64,000 nt of DNA from an uncultured bacterium (GTDB taxonomy: Bacteria > Verrucomicrobiota > Kiritimatiellia > CAIKKV01 > CAITUY01). The notes under the pieces are model-generated. The model did no database searches, was not told where the DNA came from, and saw only the letters and a program-made list of their open reading frames with translations. A program made the position numbers and the translations under genes. This document shows, piece after piece, positions 1-9,245 of this stretch. The stretch lies in the NCBI GenBank assembly GCA_903908715.1, contig CAIVSY010000115.1:35-64034 (forward strand), given 5' to 3'. Position 1 is the first letter of the stretch; each line of letters begins with the position of its first letter.

Positions 1-7
1 GCCCCAA

Positions 8-1009
8 GTGAAGGACACTGTCGGATCCGTGAAATCCGTGGCGATCACCGGGACTGGATCCTATGTTCCGGAACGCGTCCTGACGAATGCCGATCTCGAG
101 AAGATGGTGGAGACCACGGACGAATGGATTGTGACCCGCAGCGGGATCCGTGAGCGGCATATCGCACGTCCCGATGAGGCGACTTCGGACATGGCGGCGG
201 AGGCTTCGCGCCGTGCCCTGGCGAACGCCGGCGTGGCGGCCGAGGATGTCGACCTGATCATCGTGGCCACGATCACGCCCGACATGGTCTTCCCGAGTAC
301 GGCCTGCTTTGTGCAGAACCTGATCGGTGCGAAGAACGCCACGTGCTTTGATCTGGAAGCCGCCTGCTCGGGCTTCCTGTATGCGATGAACGTCGCCAGC
401 CAGTTTATCCGCACCGGAGCGGCCCGTACGGCTCTGGTGATCGGGGCTGAAAAGCTCAGTTGTGTGACCGATTGGCAGGACCGCACAACCTGCGTGCTTT
501 TCGGGGATGGCGCGGGCGCGGTGGTCATACAGGCCAGTGATGCCCCCCGCGGGTTCCTTGCCACGGTGACCGGCTCGGATGGCGCTTTAACGGATCTACT
601 CAAGATTCCTGGCGGCGGAAGCCGGAACCCGACCTCCCTCGAAACGATCGAGAAACGCATGCATTACATGCAGATGGTCGGCAAGGAAGTCTTCAAGAAC
701 GCGGTGCGCAGCATGGGTGATGCGGCTCGTAAAGCATTGGAACAGAGCGGATTGACGTTGAATGACGTGGCATGCGTGGTGCCGCACCAGGCGAACATCC
801 GCATTGTCGAGGCCATTCGCGAACGCCTGGAGGTGGGGCCGGACAAGTTTTACGTCAATCTGGACCGTTTCGGGAACATGTCGGCAGCCTCAATCCCGGT
901 GGCCTTGGATGAAGCCATCCGTGTCGGCAGGATCAAGCGGGGCGACGTGGTTGTGATGGTGGCCTTCGGGGGTGGATTCACCTGGGGGGCTTCCGTGGTA
1001 CGCATGTAG
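8..1009 (+). CDS. fabH: 3-oxoacyl-ACP synthase III (FabH); GTG start at window edge, may be slightly truncated or extended
   Basis: 333-aa ORF. Motifs AITGTGSYVPERVLTNADLEKMVETTDEWIVTRSGIRERHIA and the C-terminal GGGFTWGA are typical of the KAS III family. Heads a fab operon. Confidence 0.9.
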   Translation: MKDTVGSVKSVAITGTGSYVPERVLTNADLEKMVETTDEWIVTRSGIRERHIARPDEATSDMAAEASRRALANAGVAAEDVDLIIVATITPDMVFPSTACFVQNLIGAKNATCFDLEAACSGFLYAMNVASQFIRTGAARTALVIGAEKLSCVTDWQDRTTCVLFGDGAGAVVIQASDAPRGFLATVTGSDGALTDLLKIPGGGSRNPTSLETIEKRMHYMQMVGKEVFKNAVRSMGDAARKALEQSGLTLNDVACVVPHQANIRIVEAIRERLEVGPDKFYVNLDRFGNMSAASIPVALDEAIRVGRIKRGDVVVMVAFGGGFTWGASVVRM

Positions 1010-1057
1010 GGAGGACGTAAGAAGGCCGGTAAGGTGTAGGGGAATAGAGGAATAGGG

Positions 1058-1096
1058 TTCAGGTGTCAGGTTTCAGGAGAATAACTGACACCTGAA
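1058..1096. promoter_or_regulatory. Perfect 12-bp inverted repeat (ttcaggtgtcag/ctgacacctgaa) with a 15-nt loop in the fabH-fabD spacer, followed by tandem CTGAAA/CTGGAA-type short repeats up to about 1140
   Basis: Read directly: arms at 1058-1069 and 1085-1096 are exact reverse complements. Local GC is lower than the flanking sequence. Confidence 0.4.
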
Positions 1097-1159
1097 AGCT
1101 GAAACCCGAAACCTGGAATCTGAACCCTGGAAGCTGAAATTGGATCAGGAGGACAAAGC

Positions 1160-2089
1160 ATGAAGAAAACAGCCGTTGTATTTGCCGGACAAGGTGCGCA
1201 GGCGGTTGGAATGGGTAAGGACCTTGTGGCGGCCCATGCCGAATGCAAGGATCTGTTTGACCGCGCGAGTGCGGTGCTGGGATTCGATCTTGCCCGTCTT
1301 TGCGCCGAGGGTCCCATCGAGGAGATCACGCGGTCCGACAATTGCCAGCCGGCAATTTTCGTGACGAGTGCGGCCTGTTTCACCGCTTTGAGGAAATTGC
1401 ACCCCGGTTTCGCAGCTTCCGGATTTGCCGGGTTGAGCCTTGGGGAGTGGACGGCGTTGTGGGCGGGCGGCGTGCTGTCGTTCGAGGACGCGGTCAAGGT
1501 GTTGAAGGTGCGCGGCAAGGCCATGCAGGAAGCCTGCGAGGAGCGGCAGGGCGGGATGGTCAGCGTGATGGGGCTGGCGTTGCCTGAACTGGAGAAGGTG
1601 TGCGCGGCGGCGGGCGTGCAGATGGCCAACATCAATTCGCCCGAGCAGATCGTGCTTTCGGGTGACAAGGCGAAGATTGCCGAGGCCGAGAAGCTGGCAC
1701 AGGCGGCGGGTGCGAAGAAGACGGTGGTGCTGCCCGTGGCCGGGGCGTTCCATTCCCCCCTGATGGCGTCGGCGGGCGCGAAACTGGAGCAGGTTCTCAA
1801 GGAAGTGTCCATCCAGGCGCCGGCGGTGCCTGTGGTCTCGAACGTGACCGGCAAGCCGCACGGGACGCCGGACGAGATCAGGGCGTTGATGGTGCGCCAG
1901 GTGACCTCCTCGGTGCAGTGGGTGGCCAGCATCGAGTGGTTCCGGCAGAATGGTGTTACGGACTATGTCGAATGCGGGCCGGGCAAGGTCCTGGCCGGCC
2001 TGATCAAGCGGATTGACAAGGATGCCGCGGCCGTGAGCATCGGGGATGTGGCGACCCTCGACAAGGCGGTGGCTGGGTTGAAGGGATAA
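1160..2089 (+). CDS. fabD: Malonyl-CoA:ACP transacylase (FabD)
   Basis: 309 aa. Active-site GLSLGEW motif, and fab operon context between fabH and fabG. RBS AGGAGGA upstream. Confidence 0.9.
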   Translation: MKKTAVVFAGQGAQAVGMGKDLVAAHAECKDLFDRASAVLGFDLARLCAEGPIEEITRSDNCQPAIFVTSAACFTALRKLHPGFAASGFAGLSLGEWTALWAGGVLSFEDAVKVLKVRGKAMQEACEERQGGMVSVMGLALPELEKVCAAAGVQMANINSPEQIVLSGDKAKIAEAEKLAQAAGAKKTVVLPVAGAFHSPLMASAGAKLEQVLKEVSIQAPAVPVVSNVTGKPHGTPDEIRALMVRQVTSSVQWVASIEWFRQNGVTDYVECGPGKVLAGLIKRIDKDAAAVSIGDVATLDKAVAGLKG

Positions 2090-2114
2090 CAAGGGTTCTA
2101 CAAGGAGGCGCAAG

Positions 2115-2861
2115 ATGGGACAGATGGATGGGAAGGTGGCACTGGTAACGGGGGCGGCACGAGGGATCGGGCAGTCCATTGCCAGGAAGCTGGCGGAGGC
2201 GGGTTGTGATGTGGCGCTTTGCGATCTCAAGGCCGAGTGGCTGGCCGAGACGGCGGGACTGGTCGAGGCGGCGGGCCGCAAGGTGAAGTGCTTCGAGGCG
2301 GATGTGAGCCAGGCGGCGGCGGTGGATGCCGTGGTCAATGGCGTCATGGAAGCCTTCGGGAAGCTGGATGTCCTGGTCAACAACGCCGGGATCACCAAGG
2401 ACACACTGATGATCCGCATGTCCGAGCAGGACTGGGATGCGGTCCTGGATGTGAACCTCAAAGGTACGTTCCTGTTTACCAAGGCGGCGGCCCGGCCGAT
2501 GATGAAGCAGCGGTCCGGCGCGATCGTCAACGTGGCCTCAATTATTGGCTTGATCGGAAACGCCGGGCAGTGTAATTACGCTGCCTCAAAGGCCGGAGTG
2601 ATTGCCGTGACCAAGTCGGCGGCGAAGGAACTGGCCTCGCGTAACGTGAGGGTTAACGCGGTGGCGCCGGGATTCATCCAGACCCGGATGACCGACGCGT
2701 TGCCTGAAGAGGTGCGTAAGAAGATGTTGGATGCCATTCCGATGGGGCGGTTTGGGCAGCCTGATGACGTGGCCGACGTGGTGTTGTTCCTGGCGGGCAA
2801 TGCTTCCTCGTACATGACAGGGCAGGTGCTGACGGTCTGCGGTGGCATGGTGATGCAGTAA
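2115..2861 (+). CDS. fabG: 3-oxoacyl-ACP reductase (FabG), SDR family
   Basis: 248 aa. N-terminal TGAARGIG Rossmann motif and NNAGIT. YxxxK-type catalytic region (NYAASKAG). Confidence 0.9.
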   Translation: MGQMDGKVALVTGAARGIGQSIARKLAEAGCDVALCDLKAEWLAETAGLVEAAGRKVKCFEADVSQAAAVDAVVNGVMEAFGKLDVLVNNAGITKDTLMIRMSEQDWDAVLDVNLKGTFLFTKAAARPMMKQRSGAIVNVASIIGLIGNAGQCNYAASKAGVIAVTKSAAKELASRNVRVNAVAPGFIQTRMTDALPEEVRKKMLDAIPMGRFGQPDDVADVVLFLAGNASSYMTGQVLTVCGGMVMQ

Positions 2862-2887
2862 GCAACAGCGTAAAGGAGGATAGGAAA

Positions 2888-3127
2888 ATGGCATTGGAAG
2901 ATAAAGTCAGGGATATCATTGTCGAGCAGTTGGGCGTGAACGCGGAGCAGGTGACCCGTGAGGCGTCCTTCATCGAGGATTTGGGCGCTGATTCGCTGGA
3001 TACAGTGGAACTGGTCATGGCGTTTGAAGAGGAATTCGGCGCCGAGATTCCGGACGAGGATGCCGAGAAGCTGACGAACGTCGGCGCGGTGATCGATTAT
3101 CTGAAGAGCAAGGGCTTGGGAGCCTGA
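2888..3127 (+). CDS. acpP: Acyl carrier protein
   Basis: 79 aa. Canonical phosphopantetheine site [21 protein letters not shown]. Confidence 0.95.
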   Translation: MALEDKVRDIIVEQLGVNAEQVTREASFIEDLGADSLDTVELVMAFEEEFGAEIPDEDAEKLTNVGAVIDYLKSKGLGA

Positions 3128-3146
3128 GTTCGGAAGGTTTCTTGAA

Positions 3147-3174
3147 GCGGGGAGATGGCAACATCTCCCCGCGT
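3147..3174 (+). terminator. Intrinsic terminator or attenuator hairpin after acpP (11-bp perfect stem gcggggagatg/catctccccgc, GCAA loop, then GTTTGTATTG)
   Basis: Read directly from the sequence. acpP-fabF attenuation of this kind is common. Confidence 0.55.
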
Positions 3175-3213
3175 TTGTATTGACTTCGTCGCATTATACC
3201 TGGAAACGAGGAA

Positions 3214-4458
3214 ATGAGCATGAGCAGACGCAGAGTGGTAGTCACCGGTTTAGGGGTTGTTTCGCCTCTCGGATGCGATATCAACGTTTTCTGGCAGCGA
3301 CTTTGCGCGGGCACATCGGGGATCGGCAGGATCACCCGGTTTGATGCGTCGGCCATGGCTACGCAGATCGCGGCTGAAGTCAAGGAATTCGAAATCGACA
3401 AGTTTATTCCCAAGAAGGAACAGCGGCGCATGGACCCGTTCTGCCACTATGCGGTGGCTGCGGGCAAGCTGGCCATGCAGGATTCCGGGATCCAGATGAG
3501 CGCCGAGAATCCCGAGCGCGTCGGATGTATGGTGGGCTCGGGTGTGGGCGGCTTGATTACAATGGAAGATCAGCATTCCGTGCTGATCCAGAAGGGCCCG
3601 GATCGCTGTTCTCCTTTCATGATTCCCCAGATGATCGTCAACATGGCGTCCGGGCTGATTGCCATCGAACACGGGATGAAGGGACCGAATTACTGCGTGG
3701 TTTCGGCCTGCGCGAGCGGTGCCCATTCGATTGGCGAGGCGATCCGCCAGATCCAGTACGGGGAGGCGGATGTGATGGTGGCGGGCGGGACCGAAGCGGT
3801 GGTATGCCCCCTCGGCATCGCGGGCTTCTCGGCCATGCGGGCGATGAGTACCCGTAATGACGACCCCGCACGCGCAAGCCGTCCGTTTGACAAGGATCGG
3901 GATGGTTTTGTCATGGGTGAAGGCGCGGGGATCATTGTCATGGAGGAATATGATCGCGCGGTCAAGCGCGGGGCCCGGATCTATTGTGAACTGGCCGGTT
4001 ATGGCGCGACCTGTGATGCCAATCACATCACGGCTCCGGCGCCGGGCGGCGAAGGCGCGGCCCGGGCCATGTCCAAGGCGATCCGTGATGCCGGCCTGAC
4101 CCCTGACGTCATCGACTACGTCAATGCCCACGGAACCAGCACGCCGTTGAACGACAAGAACGAGACGGCGGCCATCAAGGCGGCGTTGGGCGAGCAAGCC
4201 AGGAAGGTGATGGTCAGCTCGACCAAATCCATGACGGGACATCTTCTCGGGGCGGCGGGCGGCATTGAGACGGTCATTTGCGCCCTGGCGATCAGCAGGG
4301 GCGTGGTGCCGGGTACAATGAACTACACGACTCCGGACCCGGATTGCGATCTGGATTATATTCCGAACGCGGCACGGGAGGTTAAGATACGCGCGTGCCT
4401 GAACAATTCGCTGGGCTTTGGCGGGCATAACTGCTCGCTCCTGATCAAGGCGGTCTGA
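3214..4458 (+). CDS. fabF: 3-oxoacyl-ACP synthase II (FabF)
   Basis: 414 aa. Active-site region CVVSACASGAHSIGEA, and the HGTSTPLND and GHLLGAAG motifs of KAS I/II. Follows acpP. Confidence 0.9.
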   Translation: MSMSRRRVVVTGLGVVSPLGCDINVFWQRLCAGTSGIGRITRFDASAMATQIAAEVKEFEIDKFIPKKEQRRMDPFCHYAVAAGKLAMQDSGIQMSAENPERVGCMVGSGVGGLITMEDQHSVLIQKGPDRCSPFMIPQMIVNMASGLIAIEHGMKGPNYCVVSACASGAHSIGEAIRQIQYGEADVMVAGGTEAVVCPLGIAGFSAMRAMSTRNDDPARASRPFDKDRDGFVMGEGAGIIVMEEYDRAVKRGARIYCELAGYGATCDANHITAPAPGGEGAARAMSKAIRDAGLTPDVIDYVNAHGTSTPLNDKNETAAIKAALGEQARKVMVSSTKSMTGHLLGAAGGIETVICALAISRGVVPGTMNYTTPDPDCDLDYIPNAAREVKIRACLNNSLGFGGHNCSLLIKAV

Positions 4459-4490
4459 TTCGGGCAAATCGGTCGGGGATGCGACAGCAA

Positions 4491-4525
4491 GCGGCAGGGT
4501 CCTGTTGGACCGTGCCGCTTTTTTT
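4491..4525 (+). terminator. Rho-independent terminator after fabF (about 12-bp stem gcggcagggtcc/ggaccgtgccgc with one mismatch, TGTT loop, T7 run)
   Basis: Hairpin at 4491-4518 followed by ttttttt at 4519-4525. Confidence 0.7.
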
Positions 4526-4690
4526 ACCGGTATACTTGACCGATCCCCCCTTGTTTGGCAGTCTCGACCTTTCTATGAAGCTCTTTTCCGGGTGGCTGCC
4601 AGTGCTGGGGTATCCCTTTCGTTTCGTGGGCTACTGCGGCTGGGGTGATTCGGAAGAGGCCGTTGGTTTGAACACCCAAGGGGAATAACC

Positions 4691-7600
4691 ATGCAGTGTG
4701 TCGCAAGAAAGTCCGCATTCCTGTCACTTGTCCTGATCCTTGCCGCTTGTCTGCCGCTTGCGGTCGGGGCCGGCGCCAATGATGCCAAGGCGCTGGACGA
4801 CTATAACTTCGCGGTTTGGCTTTACAACAGCGGCAAGTATGCTTTGGCGGCGGAGTCGTATGCCGCATTTCTCCGGAACTATCCGGATCATGATCGCAAG
4901 TTTGAAGCGCATTTCGGTCTGGCTCAGTCGTGGTTCCATGCGGATGCATTTGAGAAGGCGGCGGGTGAATATGAAAAGGTGCGGACGGGCAAGCCGGATT
5001 TTACGCAGTCCGCCGAAGTCTGGTTCCAGCTTGGGCAGAGCTATGTGGCTCTCGGCCGGTTCCAGGAGGCCCTGGATCTGTTTGCGCAAATGCGCGAGAA
5101 ATACGCAGGGCACTACCTGGCTGACTGGGCGCTGGCCCGTCAGGCGGCTTGCCAGGTCAGCCTGGAGAAATACCCGGAGGCCGAAGCCCTGCTGAAGCCG
5201 TTTGTGGAGAAGTATCCCGACCCGAAAGCGGCGGAGACCAAGGCCATGCTCCGGAAACTCGAGGAGGCCGGAATCAAGGCGGGGGATGCCTTCCTGGGCC
5301 TGATGGAAAGAAGCGCTTTCCATCTGGCTTTTGCGCAGTTCAACCAGAACCGGTTTGGGGATGCGCAGAAGTCCTTTGAGCGATTCCTGGACAAGTATCC
5401 ACGCAGTGATCTGGCGGAAGAGGCGGGGTTCCGTCTGGCGCAGGCCCTCTACCGGCAGGGTGCCTATGCCAAGGCGGCAGCCGGCTACGAGGCGGTGGCC
5501 GCAGGCAGCGGAGCGTTTGCGGAGCCTGCCGCCTATGAACGCGGACTGGCCTTCTACAAGGCGGGGAACCTGAAGGAAGCCTCGGCGGCTTTCGGGCAGA
5601 TGGCAGAGCGCTTTCCGCAGAGTGCGCAATCCGGAAAGGCTCGTCTATATGCCGGAACAGCCCTGTTCGAGGCGGGAGATTTCGCGGCAGCCATCGCGCT
5701 TCTGGGGCCCTTGGCGAAGGAAGCGAAGGAGCCTTCCGGCGAGGCGGCCTACTGGGTTGCCATGAGTTTACTCAGGCTGAACAAGGCCGAGGAGGCGGAA
5801 GCAGCTTTTCAGGCGGCTCTGCGTGATTTTCCGAAATCCGGTGTGGCGGGTGACATGCGTCTGGGCCTGGCGGATGCCTGCCTGGCGCGGGACAAGTTTC
5901 AGGAGGCCGCCGCGGCGTTCCAGGCGTATGCCGCGGACTACCCCGAGAGCGAGCCGGCGGCCCGCGCCCTGTATTCCGCGTGTGCCGCCCTGCACCGGGC
6001 GGACAAGTTTACCGAGTCCGAAACCGCTTGCCGGCGTTTTCTCGACAAGTACAAGGGGCATGAACTGCTGCCCCAGGTTCTTTTCCTCAGCGGGGAGAAC
6101 CGGTTCCTCCTGAAGCAATACTCTGAAGCGGCGGAGCGATACGAGGCTTTCCTTGCCCTGGCTGGACAGGCGGCGGACCGGGTGGCCCGCACCCAATACC
6201 GGATGGCATGGGTACATCACTACGCCAAGAAGAACCTGGAGGCGTTGAATCGCCTCCAGAAGGTTGACCGCAAGGCGGCCGGGGCCGCGATCGCAGCGGA
6301 ATCGGAGTATCTGGCGGGGATTTGCCGATTCGGAATGGAGCAGTATGATGAGGCCGTACAGTCCCTGCGCGCCTACCTTGATTCGCCTGACCACGGGCGG
6401 TTCGGCGATGATGCCCTGCTGAAGATTGCCCTGGCGTTCATGCGGCTCAACCGGAAGGTCGATGCGGCGAAGCATCTGGAGCGCTTTCTCCGCGAATATC
6501 CGAAGAGTGAGCTTCTGCCGCAGGTCCAGTACCAGATAGCCGAGTGCTATTACGACCAGAAGGCGTACGAAAAGGCCGCGGAGGCCTACTCGCGGTTGAC
6601 CGGGTTGGCGGAGACCAACACGCTGGTTCCCTATGCCCTGTTCGGGATCGGGATGTGCCATCTTGAACGGGAGCAGTGGGCTGCAGCGGTCGCCGCGTTT
6701 GAACAGGTTGTCCGCCAGTATCCGCAATCCGAGGTGGCTGCCCAGTCGTATTATCGCAAGGCTTGGAGCCTGATCCAACTCCGGAAGTGGGTGGAAGCCG
6801 AGGAGGCCGCGATGAAAGTCCGCACATTGTTCCCCCGGCATGAGCTTGCGCGGGCCGCCCTGATGGCGGCCGGCACTTGCCGTCAGGAACAGAAAAAATG
6901 GGAGGAAGCCGCGGCGGCCTTCAAGGCTGTGGCGGAAGAGTATCCCGCAGCGGAGGATCTGGCGCGGGTGCTGTATGAGCAGGCGTGGTCCTGGAGGCAG
7001 GCCGGCAAGGATGAACAGGCCCTTCAGTCGTTCCGTGTCCTCGCGGAAAAATGTCCCGCGGACCCGCTGGCAGCCGATGCCTGCTTCTATCTTGGGGAGG
7101 CCCGCTACAAGATCGCGCTGGAAGCGGCGGCGGCGGAAAAGCCGGAAGGACGAAATCGCCGGCTTCGCGATGCCCTGGAACTGTATGGCAAGGCGTTGGC
7201 GGTTACCAAGGATCAGCGCCTGGGCGACAAGGTTCTCTTCCGCATGGGGTGGAGCCACTGGCTGATGGACGAGTATGGCAAGGCGGCGGAAATGTTTGAC
7301 CGGATGACCCGGGAATTTCCGGACAGCGAACTCCATCTGGATGCCTTGTTGCAGGCGGGTCAGGCGTACGCCAAGGAAGGGCGCACCGAGGAGGCTGTCG
7401 AACGGTTCCGCCGGTTCAGCACGGACAAGCGGGCGGCGTCCCACGAACTCCTGCCGGATGCCTGCCTGGGTCTGGCCAACTGCCTGATCATCCTCGACCG
7501 GCATGCGGAGGCGGTGGAGCCGCTGGAGACGGTTCTCAAGAGCAGCCAGGAAGACCCCGTGCTGATCCAGGCGAACTTCCTGCTGGGGAAAGCCCGCTTC

Positions 7601-7930
7601 AACTTGCGGAAATATGATGCGGCGGAAGCCTGTTTCCAGGAGGTTACCCGGCGGACCAAATCGGAAACGGGGGCGGAGGCGCAGTTCTTCATCGGACAGG
7701 TTGCGCAGGCGAAGAATGACTTCCGGGCCGCCATCCTGGCGTACCTGAGGGTGATTGCCCTGTATGGCGCCTATCCCGAATGGGTCGCGGGAGCGCTGTT
7801 CGAGACCGGCAAGTGCCAGGAGGCGCTGGGCGAAAAGGCCGAGGCCGGAAAGTCGTACGACGAGATACTTCGGAACTTCAAGGGGACGAAGTGGGCCAAA
7901 CCTGCGGCGGAACGGCGTGGAAAAATATGA
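4691..7930 (+). CDS. Very large TPR-repeat lipoprotein (CpoB/YbgF-like TPR architecture, 1079 aa); first gene of the ExbB-ExbD-giant protein cluster
   Basis: Signal peptide with lipobox ILAAC. Dozens of 34-aa TPR-like units (for example AEVWFQLGQSYVALGRFQEALDLFAQM). RBS AAGGGGAA upstream. Confidence 0.7.
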   Translation: MQCVARKSAFLSLVLILAACLPLAVGAGANDAKALDDYNFAVWLYNSGKYALAAESYAAFLRNYPDHDRKFEAHFGLAQSWFHADAFEKAAGEYEKVRTGKPDFTQSAEVWFQLGQSYVALGRFQEALDLFAQMREKYAGHYLADWALARQAACQVSLEKYPEAEALLKPFVEKYPDPKAAETKAMLRKLEEAGIKAGDAFLGLMERSAFHLAFAQFNQNRFGDAQKSFERFLDKYPRSDLAEEAGFRLAQALYRQGAYAKAAAGYEAVAAGSGAFAEPAAYERGLAFYKAGNLKEASAAFGQMAERFPQSAQSGKARLYAGTALFEAGDFAAAIALLGPLAKEAKEPSGEAAYWVAMSLLRLNKAEEAEAAFQAALRDFPKSGVAGDMRLGLADACLARDKFQEAAAAFQAYAADYPESEPAARALYSACAALHRADKFTESETACRRFLDKYKGHELLPQVLFLSGENRFLLKQYSEAAERYEAFLALAGQAADRVARTQYRMAWVHHYAKKNLEALNRLQKVDRKAAGAAIAAESEYLAGICRFGMEQYDEAVQSLRAYLDSPDHGRFGDDALLKIALAFMRLNRKVDAAKHLERFLREYPKSELLPQVQYQIAECYYDQKAYEKAAEAYSRLTGLAETNTLVPYALFGIGMCHLEREQWAAAVAAFEQVVRQYPQSEVAAQSYYRKAWSLIQLRKWVEAEEAAMKVRTLFPRHELARAALMAAGTCRQEQKKWEEAAAAFKAVAEEYPAAEDLARVLYEQAWSWRQAGKDEQALQSFRVLAEKCPADPLAADACFYLGEARYKIALEAAAAEKPEGRNRRLRDALELYGKALAVTKDQRLGDKVLFRMGWSHWLMDEYGKAAEMFDRMTREFPDSELHLDALLQAGQAYAKEGRTEEAVERFRRFSTDKRAASHELLPDACLGLANCLIILDRHAEAVEPLETVLKSSQEDPVLIQANFLLGKARFNLRKYDAAEACFQEVTRRTKSETGAEAQFFIGQVAQAKNDFRAAILAYLRVIALYGAYPEWVAGALFETGKCQEALGEKAEAGKSYDEILRNFKGTKWAKPAAERRGKI

Positions 7931-7982
7931 GACCGTACTCTGCATCCGGATCCTGTAACGAGATTAAGGGAAGGGCAAAGGA

Positions 7983-8789
7983 ATGAGTAAACTCTGTGTG
8001 ATGGTGTTGTGTATCTTGGGAATTCTGATCCCGGTTCTGGCGGAGGGACAGGCGGTTGTTCCTTCTGTTGCACCGGAACGAGGGCATTCGCAACAGGCTG
8101 GGGCTGTTGCCGGGTCTACGGCTGCGGAACGGGATCAGCCGGTTCTGCCGGGCGGCGGTTTGACTCTGATTCAACTTCTGCAAAAAGGCGGCGTGGTGAT
8201 GTATCCCCTTTATCTCTGCAGCATCCTTGTTCTTGGTTTTGCGGTGGAGCGGCTCCTGACCCTGCGGCGCCGGAACGTGGCACCCGAGGGACTTCTCGGG
8301 GAATTGAGATCGATCCTGGATCGGCCGGAACGGACTGTGGACGCTGGCCAGGTGATGGCCCTGTGTGAAGGCCAGCGCAACCCGCTGGCCCGGATCGTAT
8401 CCGCAGGAGCGCGCCGGGCGAACCGGACCATTCTGGAGGTGGAAAAGGCCATGGAGGACACCTCCGCCCGGGAAGTGGTCCGGCTCCAGCGCAATAACCG
8501 GGTTTTCTCGGGCGTTGCCAGTGTGGCGCCGCTTCTTGGATTGCTGGGAACCGCCACTGGGATCATCCGTGCGTTCATGACTGTGGCGGCCATGCAGGAT
8601 GCCTTGGGAAAGAGCGAGTTGCTCGCGGGAGGTATCTACGAAGCCCTGGTCTCGACCGCCGCCGGGCTCAGCATCGCCATTGTCGCCCTCGTGCTCTACC
8701 TGTTCTTTCAGGAGCGGGTGGAGAAGCTGGTGTCGGAAATGGATGATGCCGCAACCGAATTGTCAGAACGGTTGGCGGTCAGGACCTGA
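7983..8789 (+). CDS. MotA/TolQ/ExbB-family proton-channel stator protein with N-terminal signal-like extension
   Basis: 268 aa with three transmembrane helices. The conserved C-terminal region LLGLLGTATGIIRAFMTVAA...GGIYEALVSTAAGLSIAIVALVLY matches ExbB/TolQ. Confidence 0.8.
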   Translation: MSKLCVMVLCILGILIPVLAEGQAVVPSVAPERGHSQQAGAVAGSTAAERDQPVLPGGGLTLIQLLQKGGVVMYPLYLCSILVLGFAVERLLTLRRRNVAPEGLLGELRSILDRPERTVDAGQVMALCEGQRNPLARIVSAGARRANRTILEVEKAMEDTSAREVVRLQRNNRVFSGVASVAPLLGLLGTATGIIRAFMTVAAMQDALGKSELLAGGIYEALVSTAAGLSIAIVALVLYLFFQERVEKLVSEMDDAATELSERLAVRT

Positions 8790-8801
8790 GGGAAACGTTC
8801 C

Positions 8802-9215
8802 ATGAGAACCAAGACCCTTGCCCACGATTTTTATGGCATCAACGTGATCCCGATGATCGACACGATGATGTTCCTGCTTGTCTTTTTCCTGATGGCCACG
8901 AAATTCGCGGATATTGAACGGGATGTCCAGGTCAAGCCGCCGGACAGTCATAATGCCCGGCCCGTGATGGCCATACCTCGCGAGTTGATCATCAATGTGG
9001 GGCAGGATGGACGGCTTTCGATTGCCGGCCAGCCGCGGCAGCCCGCGGATGTCGAGCGGCTGATTGCCCAGGCCAGGGAGGGCAATCCCGACCAGGCGGT
9101 GATTATCCGGGGGGATCGGCGTGCAGTCCTGCAACATGCCGTGGACGTGCTGGATCTCTGCGAGAAGCACGGGGTCAGGCATACCTTCCTCACGACCCGG
9201 CAGGAGGACCTGTAA
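8802..9215 (+). CDS. ExbD/TolR-family biopolymer transport protein
   Basis: 137 aa. N-terminal INVIPMIDTMMFLLVFFLMAT transmembrane segment, and periplasmic domain ending in DQAVIIRGDRRAVLQHAVDVLDLC. Immediately follows ExbB. Confidence 0.8.
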   Translation: MRTKTLAHDFYGINVIPMIDTMMFLLVFFLMATKFADIERDVQVKPPDSHNARPVMAIPRELIINVGQDGRLSIAGQPRQPADVERLIAQAREGNPDQAVIIRGDRRAVLQHAVDVLDLCEKHGVRHTFLTTRQEDL

Positions 9216-9245
9216 GGCGTCCGGCGGAATACTCGAGGGAATGCA

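Noticed and set aside
1145-2530. Long antisense or overlapping ORFs opposite real genes. Examples: 1145-2530(-), 5768-7945(-), 8763-9773(-), 28917-30170(-), 29801-30985(-), 32471-34630(-), 36833-38530(+), 39705-41189(-), 41599-42771(-), 43144-44277(-), 53371-54702(+), 61216-62208(+), 62284-63558(+).
   Set aside because: They sit opposite or over genes with strong family signatures. Their translations are Arg/Pro/Gly/His-rich low-complexity strings. Long stop-free frames of this kind are expected by chance at about 65% GC.
4530-4580. Possible sigma54-type -24/-12 element (tggcag-N5-acc) upstream of the TPR gene
   Set aside because: It does not fit the GG-N10-GC spacing well enough. No enhancer-binding protein context is visible.
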